Below, piece by piece: positions 1-9,531 of a stretch of DNA of 64,000 nt. The translations under genes were made by a program, and so were the position numbers. The stretch comes from a bacterium (GTDB lineage: Bacteria; Patescibacteriota; Minisyncoccia; JAHIHE01): positions 68,015-132,014 of the forward strand of contig JAUYBG010000006.1 of assembly GCA_030693205.1 (NCBI GenBank), written 5' to 3'. Positions within the stretch are counted from its first letter, which is position 1. Each line of letters starts with the position of its first letter. The notes under the pieces were generated by a model. It worked only from the letters and a program-made list of their open reading frames with translations, made no database searches and was not told where the DNA came from.

Positions 1-119
1 GCTTGATCAATTTCAATATTTTCCGGTTTTACGGATAAAACCGGACGGGAAATGATTTCGAACGATATCCCGAAAAAAACCAATGGCACGCTCACTAAAA
101 CAGCGATTTTATTTTTCAT
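1..119 (-). CDS. hypothetical secreted protein, N-terminal part only; the gene runs off the window start
   Basis: Minus-strand ATG at 117-119; translation MKNKIAVLVSVPLVFFGISFEII... is signal-peptide-like; frame stays open to position 1. Confidence 0.3.
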   Translation of the reverse strand, partial: MKNKIAVLVSVPLVFFGISFEIISRPVLSVKPENIEIDQ

Positions 120-124
120 ATTGA

Positions 125-655
125 TTATGCTTTTTCAATTTCTTTTTTTAATTCTTCGTATCGGGGCAATTCCTCTATGCGAGCGAAATTCAGTTTCTTT
201 AAAAAATCAAAGCTTATCTTATAATGCCAGCTTCTTGAATCATTGGGATTCTCAATCCTGTCAATTAACCCCCTAAGCAATAAATACCTCAAAGTAAAAG
301 TGCAGTTTACCCCCCTGATCTGCTCCACTTCCATTCGGCTCAAAGGTCCGCGATAAGCGACTATCGCCAAAGTTTCAAGCGACGCCCGAGTCAATCCTTG
401 CTCCAGTTCATTTTTCAAGAAATCATTGATATATTCCGCATTTTCTGAATTAGTCGCCAGCTGGACTTCCTCGTCTTTTTCAATAATTCTAATGCCGCGA
501 TGGCTTGAAGCAAGATCTTGTTTCAAGCTCTCAATTCCTTTTTTTATTTCTCCGCTGCCGAGCTTGGCGATAGCGGCGATTTTTTTTATCTTAATCGGCT
601 CTCCGGAAACAAACAAAATGCTTTCAATAATTGATTTTATTTTTTCATTTTCCAT
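125..655 (-). CDS. scpB: segregation and condensation protein B
   Basis: 176-aa ORF with the ScpB winged-helix signature (ESILFVSGEPI, LETLAIVAYRGPLSRMEVEQIRGVN); immediately downstream of scpA. Confidence 0.85.
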   Translation of the reverse strand: MENEKIKSIIESILFVSGEPIKIKKIAAIAKLGSGEIKKGIESLKQDLASSHRGIRIIEKDEEVQLATNSENAEYINDFLKNELEQGLTRASLETLAIVAYRGPLSRMEVEQIRGVNCTFTLRYLLLRGLIDRIENPNDSRSWHYKISFDFLKKLNFARIEELPRYEELKKEIEKA

Positions 656-701
656 AAAAATAACTCCTAATTTATTATACTTAATGCATTACTATGTTTA
701 A

Positions 702-1415
702 CTATACCGCAATTTCTTTCTTGCTGATCATTATCTCTCCAAATATTTCTTTCTGTTCAACATTAATTATTTTCGCCTTAAAAAGCTCCAAAATCGCCAA
801 AAAGGTCACGATAATCTCTGTTTTGTTTTTCGCGCTTGCGGTAAGCGTTTTGAAACTCATTTCGATCCTCTGCTGCAAAGACGACTTTAATTCAATTATC
901 TTTTGTTCAAGAGTAATTACTTCCTTTACCCGTTCTTCAACCAGCTTTTCCGCTTTGGGCATTTCCGCCAAAATCCGGCTCATTGTTTTTTCGAGTATTG
1001 CCGCATCAATATCCGGCGGAGGGAAAAAACCCTGTTTCACTCCTTCGAAACCCTTGCGGCTAAAAGAAAATTGGCGTTTGTCAAATTCCAAGCCAAGCAA
1101 TTGTGAGACTTCCTTGAATTTTTTATATAAAGCCAGTCTCGCTTCAAGATCCGCAATAGAATCCTCTTCTTCCGGCGTCAATTCCAATATCGGCAACAAC
1201 GCTTTTGATTTGATCAAAATCAATCTCGCGGCCACAACCAAAAAATCTGAAAGATTATCGGACGAAATATCCAAATTCCCTTTAAGATGCCCGAGATAAC
1301 TATTGGTAACTTTTGCCAGCGATATCAATGTAATTTCCAATTTTTCCTTTTGGATCAATTCCAGAAGCAAATCCAACGGGCCTTCAAATTGTTCAAGTTT
1401 TACTGTAAATGGCAT
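702..1415 (-). CDS. scpA: segregation and condensation protein A
   Basis: ScpA N-terminal motif (FEGPLDLLLELIQKEKLEI). The track ORF extends to 1469, but the likely start is the internal Met (MPFTVKLEQ...) at 1415. Confidence 0.85.
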   Translation of the reverse strand: MPFTVKLEQFEGPLDLLLELIQKEKLEITLISLAKVTNSYLGHLKGNLDISSDNLSDFLVVAARLILIKSKALLPILELTPEEEDSIADLEARLALYKKFKEVSQLLGLEFDKRQFSFSRKGFEGVKQGFFPPPDIDAAILEKTMSRILAEMPKAEKLVEERVKEVITLEQKIIELKSSLQQRIEMSFKTLTASAKNKTEIIVTFLAILELFKAKIINVEQKEIFGEIMISKKEIAV

Positions 1416-1497
1416 ATTGCAGAGATTTAAGATTAAAGATTTATGATTTAAGAATAAATTCAAACCCATTCGTAAATCTTAAATCGTACATCGTAAA

Positions 1498-2034
1498 TCA
1501 TTTTTTTGTCTTTGAAAAACTACCTTTGATCATATTCTCAATCTTTTCAATCTGGCTACCAGCTATTCTAATCGACTCTTCAAATCCGCCCGCGTTAATC
1601 ACCAATTTTTTTACTTTCAATAATGATCTATCGATAAATGCCGGCAATTTAAACAAGCTTCCGAAAGGCGGAACTGTCCCGCCTTTTTTAATTTTAATTA
1701 TATTTTTTTTGATTATCGCCTCAGCTGCAAAATCAATTTCTTTAACCGCTTTAAAAACTTTCTTTTCCGTTTTAGCTGTTTTCTTCAGCCAATCATTATA
1801 CAACTTCTTGAATTTTTCCTTGTCAAAATTCTTATCCGCCGGAATCGAAGCGATCACATATTGCGCGAATTTACCTGCACCTAATTTCAACGCCACGGTT
1901 TTCGCCACTTCCTTTGGTTTGATCTTTAGCGTATTAGCCTTATCCAAAGCCGTGTAAACCGTCTTATGCTTTATAAGCTCGTATTTTACTTTCGCATTTT
2001 TCAATAATTTTTCGAGGTTTTTTAAAATAGCCAT
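1498..2034 (-). CDS. YbaK/ProX-type aminoacyl-tRNA deacylase
   Basis: 178 aa, Lys-rich YbaK-like fold signature (GGTVPPFG, INAGG). Confidence 0.55.
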   Translation of the reverse strand: MAILKNLEKLLKNAKVKYELIKHKTVYTALDKANTLKIKPKEVAKTVALKLGAGKFAQYVIASIPADKNFDKEKFKKLYNDWLKKTAKTEKKVFKAVKEIDFAAEAIIKKNIIKIKKGGTVPPFGSLFKLPAFIDRSLLKVKKLVINAGGFEESIRIAGSQIEKIENMIKGSFSKTKK

Positions 2035-2132
2035 AAGTTTATTTCTCCTTGTTCTAATTAACTGTCATTCTGAACTTGTTTCAGAATCTTTAAAAAATTT
2101 TAGATGCTGAAATAAATTCAGCATGACACTTT

Positions 2133-2852
2133 TTATCTACAATCGTTTATCACTTTTTCCACATTAAATATAGCCTCTTTATCCGATTTTTGAACCTTAA
2201 CAATATGAAACGGGCTTGTAAGCGCTTGGGTTACCGCGCATCCGCGCCCGGGAGAATTTTCAAGCACTGAAACTTCAATTGTATTTCCTTTTTCCGCGAT
2301 CATATTGATTTCTGTGCCATATCCGCCGGTGGATTTTCCGCCCTGGAATACGGCAATGATCATATCTTTATCAAAATCTATCGGCGCCGGTAATTCCGCG
2401 TTGGTTTTTTGCAAAATCGGCATCCATTCGGATTTGCTTTTTATCACATAATTGCCTTGCCCTGTTGGATTGCCGTTTAAGCCCTTTATTATTGTTTTAA
2501 ACTTCAATTCGTTTCCCGGCATCGCATTGGCTTCGCAAGTATTCCGGCATTCTTCCAAACTGCCAAAAGGAAGTTTATCTATGCATCCGGCGCCATTTAC
2601 AACAACACATTTTCCTTCAATCGAATCAAACTCAAATCCTATTGCCGAACAAATATCGCTAACTTTAGCTTTCTGGCTGCACGGCGAATTAACTGATTTT
2701 ATTTTTGAATCAACTGCGGGGTTTACCGCAACCGGCAAATTACTTTTCCCTTTCTTTTCAAAAGCCAAAATAAATCCCAGTACGGCGCTAATGCTTAGAA
2801 TGATCATCAGAAGTAAATATATTCGAGCTGGCGATATTTTTCGTGCAAACAT
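2133..2852 (-). CDS. membrane-anchored protein with a Kunitz/BPTI-like six-Cys domain fused to a PrcB-C-like domain
   Basis: N-terminal TM helix, then C-x9-C-x13-C-x7-C-x11-C-x3-C with a Kunitz-like ...GKCvvvnGAGC...FgsleeCrntC block. C-terminal half resembles the PrcB_C family (AVFQGGKSTGGYGTEI ... VTQALTSPFHIVKV). Confidence 0.5.
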   Translation of the reverse strand: MFARKISPARIYLLLMIILSISAVLGFILAFEKKGKSNLPVAVNPAVDSKIKSVNSPCSQKAKVSDICSAIGFEFDSIEGKCVVVNGAGCIDKLPFGSLEECRNTCEANAMPGNELKFKTIIKGLNGNPTGQGNYVIKSKSEWMPILQKTNAELPAPIDFDKDMIIAVFQGGKSTGGYGTEINMIAEKGNTIEVSVLENSPGRGCAVTQALTSPFHIVKVQKSDKEAIFNVEKVINDCR

Positions 2853-2880
2853 ATTTTAAAATTTTTTAATGATTATGAAA

Positions 2881-4254
2881 TTATTTTTTTTCTTCCTTGA
2901 TAATCTTTTCTTTATGTAATAACAAATCGATCCGCTTCATATCGCGCGGAAAAAGAGTCGCTTCTTTCACATTCGCCAGTCCAAGAAGTTTCGCGGTTAA
3001 GCGCTCCAAGCCAAGCGCTAATCCGCCTTCCGGCGGCATGCCGTATTGAAAAGCCATCAGATAGAACTTAAAATTATCCGGATCAATTCCCCGGCTTTTT
3101 ATGCTTTGCACCAATTGATCGTAATTATTGATGCGCTGACCGCCGGTAGTGATCTCCGCGCCGCGAAACAGCAAATCAAAGCTCTTGGTGTAAGCCGCGT
3201 CTTTCTCGTCCGGCATCGTGTACCACGGCCTCTTCTTGGTCGGATAATGAGTGACAAACAAAAACTCCGAACCGAATTCTTTCTCGGCATATTCCGAAAG
3301 TATGCGCTCTTCTTCCGGTTCCAAGTCAAGATCGTCGGTTTTTTTACCGGAAATTTTTCTGGCGATTTTTTTAGCTTCCGGAAAAGTAATCGCGAGAATA
3401 TCGCCTATTGCTTTAGGCAATGCCACTCCAAGCGTCTCAAATTCACTTCGGCAATTAGCGCTCAGATGCGCAAATAAAAACTTAAGCCATTCAGTTTCAA
3501 TTTTCATCAAATCCGTATGATCTTTAATAAAACCCATTTCAATATCCAAACTAGTGTATTCGTTCAAATGCCTCGTGGTATCGTGCGGCTCGGCCCGATA
3601 AACATTGCCAATCGTAAAAACGCGCTCAAATACCCCCACCATGATCTGCTTATAAAATTGCGGGCTTTGCGCCAAATACGCCTTGCTTTCAAAATATTCG
3701 ATCGGAAAAACCTCGCTTCCGCCTTCGGTTGCTTCCGCCACTATTTTTGGCGCCTGAATTTCCGTAAATCCATTTTTTGAAAAAAAATCATGGAAAGTTT
3801 TTATAATCTCGGCCTGTACTTTAAAAATCGCCCGCACTCTGGCGTGCTTAAGGGTTAAAGGCCTCATATCCAAAAGTGTTTCAAGTCCCATATCAAGTTT
3901 CTCCGCGCCAAGATCAATAGGCAAAGGCTGCGCGGAGTTCAATACTACTAACTCTTCCGCCAGCATTTCCACTTTCCCGGTCGGAATTTTTTCATTGATC
4001 ATATTTTTCGGCCGTTCATTGATTGTGCCTGTGATCTGTACCACGTATTCGGCTCGCAAGGTTTCAGCGAGCTTTTGAAATTCCGGATTTTTCTTATTCG
4101 GCACAAAAACCACCTGGATAATTCCGGTGCGATCACGAAGATCGATAAAAATTATTTTGCCGTGATCCCGCCTGACATTCACCCAGCCGGCAAGCATCAC
4201 TTTTTGACCAATATTTTTTGGAGTATCTATGGTTAAAATTCGTTCCATATGCAT
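2881..4254 (-). CDS. aspS: aspartyl-tRNA synthetase (archaeal/eukaryal type 2)
   Basis: OB-fold N-terminus (KVMLAGWVNVRRDHGKIIFIDLRD) and class II core motifs (FRAE, GGSEV, GLERL). The track start at 4311 is probably upstream of the true start (MHMERILT, 4254/4248). Confidence 0.85.
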   Translation of the reverse strand: MHMERILTIDTPKNIGQKVMLAGWVNVRRDHGKIIFIDLRDRTGIIQVVFVPNKKNPEFQKLAETLRAEYVVQITGTINERPKNMINEKIPTGKVEMLAEELVVLNSAQPLPIDLGAEKLDMGLETLLDMRPLTLKHARVRAIFKVQAEIIKTFHDFFSKNGFTEIQAPKIVAEATEGGSEVFPIEYFESKAYLAQSPQFYKQIMVGVFERVFTIGNVYRAEPHDTTRHLNEYTSLDIEMGFIKDHTDLMKIETEWLKFLFAHLSANCRSEFETLGVALPKAIGDILAITFPEAKKIARKISGKKTDDLDLEPEEERILSEYAEKEFGSEFLFVTHYPTKKRPWYTMPDEKDAAYTKSFDLLFRGAEITTGGQRINNYDQLVQSIKSRGIDPDNFKFYLMAFQYGMPPEGGLALGLERLTAKLLGLANVKEATLFPRDMKRIDLLLHKEKIIKEEKK

Positions 4255-4417
4255 AGTATTAGGTATTATTAAGTATAAATCTATAAGATATAAAAATCTA
4301 AAAACAGCCAAAATTCGTCATTTCTTATAATTCATTCTAGCAAATCTTTTACTTTTTGGCAAAGAAAAAACAGCCCTTTGGCTGCAACGCAAAAAATCAA
4401 AGATATTAAGTCCGGCT

Positions 4418-4744
4418 CTAGTCGTTTTCCTCTTTATTACCGCCGTTTCCTTCTTCCTCTTCCTCTGCGCCTTCTTCCGAAGCAACGCCATCAAGCTGTT
4501 CGCGCTCTTTTTGTAAAATATCTTCCCACTCCTTATCATCCTGATTGGTCAGGGCGCGCACTTTTGATTTAAAGCTTTTATTGAATTCCACGACCATTTT
4601 CGGATTGCCAAAAAAGATCCTGTTCAATACGCCAATCGCTTCTTCGGGCAAAGTCGGCAAAACAACCAAAATATCATTTTGGTCCTGCACCGGAATATTC
4701 GACTCCGTAATTATTTTTTGAAACTCATCAAGCACTTGAGACAT
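4418..4744 (-). CDS. hypothetical small protein with a poly-acidic C-terminal tail
   Basis: Likely the real gene within the 199-aa track ORF, starting at MSQVLDEF... The N-terminal 90 aa of the track ORF is K/R-rich AT-derived junk. Confidence 0.4.
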   Translation of the reverse strand: MSQVLDEFQKIITESNIPVQDQNDILVVLPTLPEEAIGVLNRIFFGNPKMVVEFNKSFKSKVRALTNQDDKEWEDILQKEREQLDGVASEEGAEEEEEGNGGNKEEND

Positions 4745-4754
4745 AAAAAACATT

Positions 4755-4961
4755 TTAAGTATTTTCCGCTTTTTCTTTTTTAGATTCAACAAAATACTTT
4801 GCCAGTTCGGTAGCATTATCGCACAAAGTCTTCCAGTCTTCAACCGCTTGCCTTTTTTCTTTAGCCAAAGCCATCGCGCCTTCATTTCCAAGACTACCGG
4901 TTTTAATTTCCGCCTCGGCTTTGATAAAGTCCTCCCTGTTTCCTGGTCCTTCTCCAAACAT
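4755..4961 (-). CDS. hypothetical small helical protein
   Basis: 68-aa ORF in a different frame, directly upstream of the 4418-4744 gene; balanced composition. Confidence 0.3.
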   Translation of the reverse strand: MFGEGPGNREDFIKAEAEIKTGSLGNEGAMALAKEKRQAVEDWKTLCDNATELAKYFVESKKEKAENT

Positions 4962-5045
4962 AATTTTATAAAAATTAATATTTTATTAATTCTCCTTGAT
5001 TTTACTTCATTATACACAAAATTTATAATTTGTCAACCCCGTTAG

Positions 5046-5156
5046 AAATTTAAACCAGAACTTTCAAAAATCTAGATCGTCAAGCGAAGCGGCTTCGCCT
5101 TACAACCAGATTTAATGATGAGAGTAATTTAAAAAATTCTAACGGGGTCAAACCCC
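5046..5156. repeat. structured intergenic element bounded by ~15-bp inverted repeats
   Basis: accccgttagaaattt (5047-5062) versus aaattctaacggggt (5134-5148); internal hairpins gcgaagcggcttcgc and ggggtcaaacccc. Confidence 0.4.
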
Positions 5157-5645
5157 TTATATGGTTTTTTCTTCTAAAAATTCGTTCGCTTTTTGCAGTA
5201 TTTTTTGCGACTTAAGAAAAGTGAGCTCGCTGATAGCTTTGTTAAAATCCAGCCATTTGTATCCGATATGTTCGTCGGAAATTTTAACCTGATGCACTTT
5301 GGTTTCCGCCAAAAAAAGCACCGCGGTTTTATTGCTCATCAGTGTTTTTTTGCCGACTTTTTTCCGATAGAACCAGGAAATGGCAAATCGAAACTCGGGA
5401 ATAAAATTTATTTTTTTAATTCCCGTTTCTTCCCGGATCTCGCGCCGCGCGGTTTCCTGCTCCGTTTCTCCGCGTTCAATATGGCCTCGGGGAAAATCCC
5501 AGTGCCCGGATTCGTAATGAAGAAGCAAGTATCTGATTTTTTTTCTTGCTCGAGTCGATTCGCTCGAGTCGAAGCGGGCCTCGCCGTTTTTAGGCGGGCC
5601 GGCTCGGCGGAAAATTATCGCCCCGGCTGATTTTTCTCGTATCAT
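5157..5645 (-). CDS. Nudix hydrolase
   Basis: Nudix box GHIERGETEQETARREIREETG. Confidence 0.8.
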   Translation of the reverse strand: MIREKSAGAIIFRRAGPPKNGEARFDSSESTRARKKIRYLLLHYESGHWDFPRGHIERGETEQETARREIREETGIKKINFIPEFRFAISWFYRKKVGKKTLMSNKTAVLFLAETKVHQVKISDEHIGYKWLDFNKAISELTFLKSQKILQKANEFLEEKTI

Positions 5646-5746
5646 AATAAAAACTCTAATCTTAACTTTAATTTAATCCTACCTTTTTCCCTCTAAAAAA
5701 TCAAGAAAAAAAGCTACTGTTTGGCGCACAGTAGCAAGCACGGTTT

Positions 5747-5941
5747 TTATGGAGGGCCTTTTGACACTTCGTGTTTTTCACGCAATATGCGGAATTTTTC
5801 CTCAGAAAACTCTTTTATACATTTATTGCATTGAAACGGCGCTCCTTTTACGCCTGAAGGGTTCTTGATTATTATCCCTCCGTGGCATTTATCGCTGTCA
5901 CAAGGCACACCTGTGACGGCTTGTTCCGCCGGAACAAACAT
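5747..5941 (-). CDS. small Cys-containing (zinc-ribbon-like) protein
   Basis: Start taken at MFVPAEQ; motifs PCDSDKCHGG and FQCNKC. Confidence 0.35.
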   Translation of the reverse strand: MFVPAEQAVTGVPCDSDKCHGGIIIKNPSGVKGAPFQCNKCIKEFSEEKFRILREKHEVSKGPP

Positions 5942-6111
5942 ACTTATTATTAACACTTGATTCACCTCTGAATATATTATAATAAAAAGTTCATAAAAAA
6001 TCAACCCCACTATATATTATTGCAAAGCCATAGATTTAAAAAAAATAAACCATTAAAAAGCGGCTCGATATCATCTCGCCGCTTGCCAATATGATTTTTA
6101 TTCCAATTTTT

Positions 6112-7851
6112 TTACATTCTCTCTAGCGTCTCGATCCCGAGCAATTTCAATCCGTTTTTTATCACGATCGCCGCGCCCGAAACCAACCCAAGCCGCGCCG
6201 CGCGCAGGTCTTTCTCAACAGTCAACACCTGGACATTTTCATAAAACGCGTTAAAATTATTCGCCAGTTTATAGATATAATCGGCTAAGATGTTCGGCAT
6301 ACGTTCCTCGCCCGCCCGCTCAATGATTTCATCAAAAATAGCCAATTGCCGCAACACTGCCGACTCGCGAGTATCTTTTAATAACTCCGGCTTGAATTTA
6401 AAAGTTTTGGCTGTTTTCGCTTTTCTCAAAATGCTTTTTATGCGCGCGTAAGTGTACTGCAAATACGGCGCCGAATTTCCCCGCAAATCAAGCATTTTAT
6501 CCCAGTTAAAACTAATGTCAGTCAGGCGATTCTGCGACAGGTCATTGTATTTTATCGCGCCGATCCCGACCGCTTTGGCAATTTTTTTCTTTTCCGCGTC
6601 AGGCAATTTCGGATTTTTTTCTTCCACGATCTTCCTGGCGCGGCCGATCGCCTCGCCAAGCACTTCTTCCAAAAGGATCACTTTTCCCTCGCGAGTGGAA
6701 AATTTCTTTCCATCGGCGCCCAGCACCATGCCAAATTTCACGTGTTCCGCCATCCCCGGTTTTATATAGCCCATAAGTTCCCCTGCTTTTAAAAGCTGCT
6801 GGAAATGTCCGGCTTGTTCGTTCGCGACGACATAAATGATCTTTTCCGCTTTCCATTTTTCCACCCGATATTTCATTGCCGCCAGATCTGTCGTCCCGTA
6901 AAGCGTGGCGCCATCGGTTTTCCGGATCATAAGCGGCGGCAGATTGTACTTATCCAGCGGAATGATCACCGCGCCTTGCGAGTGAATCGCGATATTTCTT
7001 TTTTCCAAAGCTTCGGAAATAATGTCATTGAGCATTGGCTGATAAAAACTTTCGCCCAGAGTATGATCAATTTTTACGCCAAGAATTTTATAGATCTTAT
7101 TGAACTCTTTCAAGCTTTCGCGGACAAAATATTTCCAGATCTTCACGCTTTCTCTGTCTCCTTCCTGGAATTTCTTGGTTTCCGCTCTCGCGTAATCGTT
7201 TAATTCCTCGTCTTCTTTCGCCCGCGCGTTAAAATCCACGTAAAGCCGGTTCATTTCTTTGGCAAAATTTTCCTTTAACGCTTTTTTATCCGCAAAATTT
7301 TTATACGCATAGATAAGCTTTCCGAAATGCGTGCCCCAATCGCCGATATGATTAACGCCTTTGACTTTGTATCCTTCCAGTGCATAAATATTATAGATCG
7401 CCTGTCCGATGATCGTTGACCGCAAGTGGCCCACGTGCATTCTTTTGGCAATATTGGGCTGTGAATAATCTATCACAACGACTTTTCCTTTGCCTATTTT
7501 TGCGCTTCCATATTTATCTTTTTGTTTTAAAATCACATTCAAGTTTTTCTCGGCGATTTCCGGCTTCAAATAAAAATTCATAAAACCCGGCTGTACAGCT
7601 TCAATTTTCTCAATAATCCCTTTTCCTAGTTTGTCATCCTGAGCTTGTCGAAGGACGACTTTCAGCTTGATGGCATTTGCAATCTCCATCGGCGGTTTTT
7701 TCAAAATTTTCGCCGCGACCAAAGCGACATTGCTCGTATAATCGCCTAATTTCGAATCAGGCGGATAAGATACGTTAAAATTGAGCATTTCGGCAATGCC
7801 CATGTCTTTCAAAGCTTTAGCAATTAGATCGTGGATTTGATGTTTATACAT
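6112..7851 (-). CDS. argS: arginyl-tRNA synthetase
   Basis: HIGH-type motif (AKRMHVGHLRSTIIG), DALR anticodon-binding C-terminus. Probable start is MYKHQIHDLIAK at 7851, not the track start at 7905. Confidence 0.9.
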   Translation of the reverse strand: MYKHQIHDLIAKALKDMGIAEMLNFNVSYPPDSKLGDYTSNVALVAAKILKKPPMEIANAIKLKVVLRQAQDDKLGKGIIEKIEAVQPGFMNFYLKPEIAEKNLNVILKQKDKYGSAKIGKGKVVVIDYSQPNIAKRMHVGHLRSTIIGQAIYNIYALEGYKVKGVNHIGDWGTHFGKLIYAYKNFADKKALKENFAKEMNRLYVDFNARAKEDEELNDYARAETKKFQEGDRESVKIWKYFVRESLKEFNKIYKILGVKIDHTLGESFYQPMLNDIISEALEKRNIAIHSQGAVIIPLDKYNLPPLMIRKTDGATLYGTTDLAAMKYRVEKWKAEKIIYVVANEQAGHFQQLLKAGELMGYIKPGMAEHVKFGMVLGADGKKFSTREGKVILLEEVLGEAIGRARKIVEEKNPKLPDAEKKKIAKAVGIGAIKYNDLSQNRLTDISFNWDKMLDLRGNSAPYLQYTYARIKSILRKAKTAKTFKFKPELLKDTRESAVLRQLAIFDEIIERAGEERMPNILADYIYKLANNFNAFYENVQVLTVEKDLRAARLGLVSGAAIVIKNGLKLLGIETLERM

Positions 7852-7957
7852 ATAACTTAAGTATATCTCAAAAGTGAAATAAAAAAAAGAGGCATTGATC
7901 CGCAATTTATGGTGAGTTTAATTTACCAAAAAATTTGGATCAGATGCCTTTGAAATT

Positions 7958-8875
7958 TTATATTGTCGTGCTGTTATCTATCGTGTTTGTTTCAGGATAG
8001 AATTTACAGAATTGATCCGTCAATGCGGCAAGGGCTTCAAAAGCATTTTTTACCGTAACAAGATCTTCGCCATCCCGGAAACGCTGCTTATCAAGATTTC
8101 CTTTTGGATCAAGCTGATCCATCAGATTATCTTTTGAAAGATCAAACTTCTTTGCTTTTATCGGCCAGATTCTTATATTTCCCGCAGTTATCTCATCAAT
8201 CATTATCAGGTCTTCTGCCGCAAAAGACGATGTGGAAATATTCTTGATTATTTGAGATTTCAATTCCACGGGCCAGCCATATTCTTGCTTCCAGTCAATC
8301 AGCTGATAGTCAAGTTCATGAAGCACTTGTTCGGCAACCAGAAAGGCTCGCTCGTTAATATTCCGCATTGCCGCAAAATGCCCTTTTTTGTCTTTTACCC
8401 TTATGAAATTTGGGTCAATCATTGGATCGTGGAAGAAATCGTCTTTGTAAAAGAATTCTGTGTAAAGATCCTTGAAATGATGGCCTTCCTTGATATTTGG
8501 ATTTCTTTCCAAAATAGAGCCCGTACCAACTCGTCTGGTGACGACTTCAAATGGCGCCTTTTGAGCCAATCGCCTTGCCAAAAATTCGGCATCGCCCACC
8601 TTGCCCATATAATGCGTAGGTATTCCCCATACATTCAGCAGACGGAAAAAGTTGTCATTTGTTCTGCAGTCTATTATTTCCTTTCCCGGTATCGTTTCCC
8701 GCGTTTCGCCGTCATGAGCGGTAATATCGGACTTAAACTGAATCGCTACCGCAATTTGACCGATATGCGGAAGTTCGTTGCCTGCACATTCAAAGACTCT
8801 TTTTGTCTTTCCTTCTATTATAAGTTTTCCTTTTTTTACTTCTCTAAATTCTCCCATTTCAACCACCTTTTCCAT
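7958..8875 (-). CDS. purC: SAICAR synthetase-like protein
   Basis: Block-wise similarity to PurC by eye (IIEGKTKRVFE; FKSDITAHDGE; PFEVVTRRVGTGS; FFHDPMIDP). Confidence 0.6.
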   Translation of the reverse strand: MEKVVEMGEFREVKKGKLIIEGKTKRVFECAGNELPHIGQIAVAIQFKSDITAHDGETRETIPGKEIIDCRTNDNFFRLLNVWGIPTHYMGKVGDAEFLARRLAQKAPFEVVTRRVGTGSILERNPNIKEGHHFKDLYTEFFYKDDFFHDPMIDPNFIRVKDKKGHFAAMRNINERAFLVAEQVLHELDYQLIDWKQEYGWPVELKSQIIKNISTSSFAAEDLIMIDEITAGNIRIWPIKAKKFDLSKDNLMDQLDPKGNLDKQRFRDGEDLVTVKNAFEALAALTDQFCKFYPETNTIDNSTTI

Positions 8876-9030
8876 TAATTTCTTTTTCCATTTTCAATCA
8901 CCTTTTCCTTTTATTCTCTGTTTTTTCAAAGAGCAAAAAATAAACAGATTATACTCTAATCCGCCTCCTTGTTAATATTAACCTTAAATGAAAATCTCTA
9001 AAATGTCAATAAAAAAAGGCGTCTATGCGC

Positions 9031-9405
9031 CTAAAATTTACGTTTGTTTTTTGATATGCTTATCAGGAAGATCATTAGATCATTGCCCGAATCAGTGATC
9101 CTATACTTATACAATTGACCGGTATCCGTGCCGATTTCCGCAATAACTTCTTCCACCCAATCTTCCTTAACAAGCCAACGGATAACTTCTTCGATTTTAA
9201 TGCTTTTATCCGTCTCAATGCCGACCGCATATCCGTTTATTGATTTTACAATCTCTTCCTTTGACCAAATTTTCTTACGATGCGAATACCATTTTTTACT
9301 CGCCAAACACCGCAAGATAATCAAATGCAGCGATTCCTGCGAAGCTTTATTAAAAAACTTATTCGATTTTTCTATCGAGGGATTAAAATTATCTTTTTCT
9401 TTCAC
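9031..9405 (-). CDS. hypothetical protein
   Basis: 124-aa ORF followed by a hairpin plus T-run (8998-9030). Confidence 0.4.
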   Translation of the reverse strand: MKEKDNFNPSIEKSNKFFNKASQESLHLIILRCLASKKWYSHRKKIWSKEEIVKSINGYAVGIETDKSIKIEEVIRWLVKEDWVEEVIAEIGTDTGQLYKYRITDSGNDLMIFLISISKNKRKF

Positions 9406-9531
9406 TTTTTTGCCTCCTATGATTTCGTAAACTCAAGCTACTATAAAAATGGAATTTTGTCAACTCTTGCTCTTGCTTTTTTTCTCAAAATGCGTATAAT
9501 ATGAAAATAGTTCCAAAGTAGTTTTTATTTT

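Noticed and set aside
52-276. 74-aa plus-strand ORF overlapping the scpB 3' end
   Set aside because: Overlaps scpB on the opposite strand; hydrophobic low-complexity translation.
4745-5017. N-terminal 90 aa of the 199-aa track ORF 4418-5017
   Set aside because: K/R-rich junk translation of an AT-rich region; a two-small-gene model (4755-4961 and 4418-4744) fits better.
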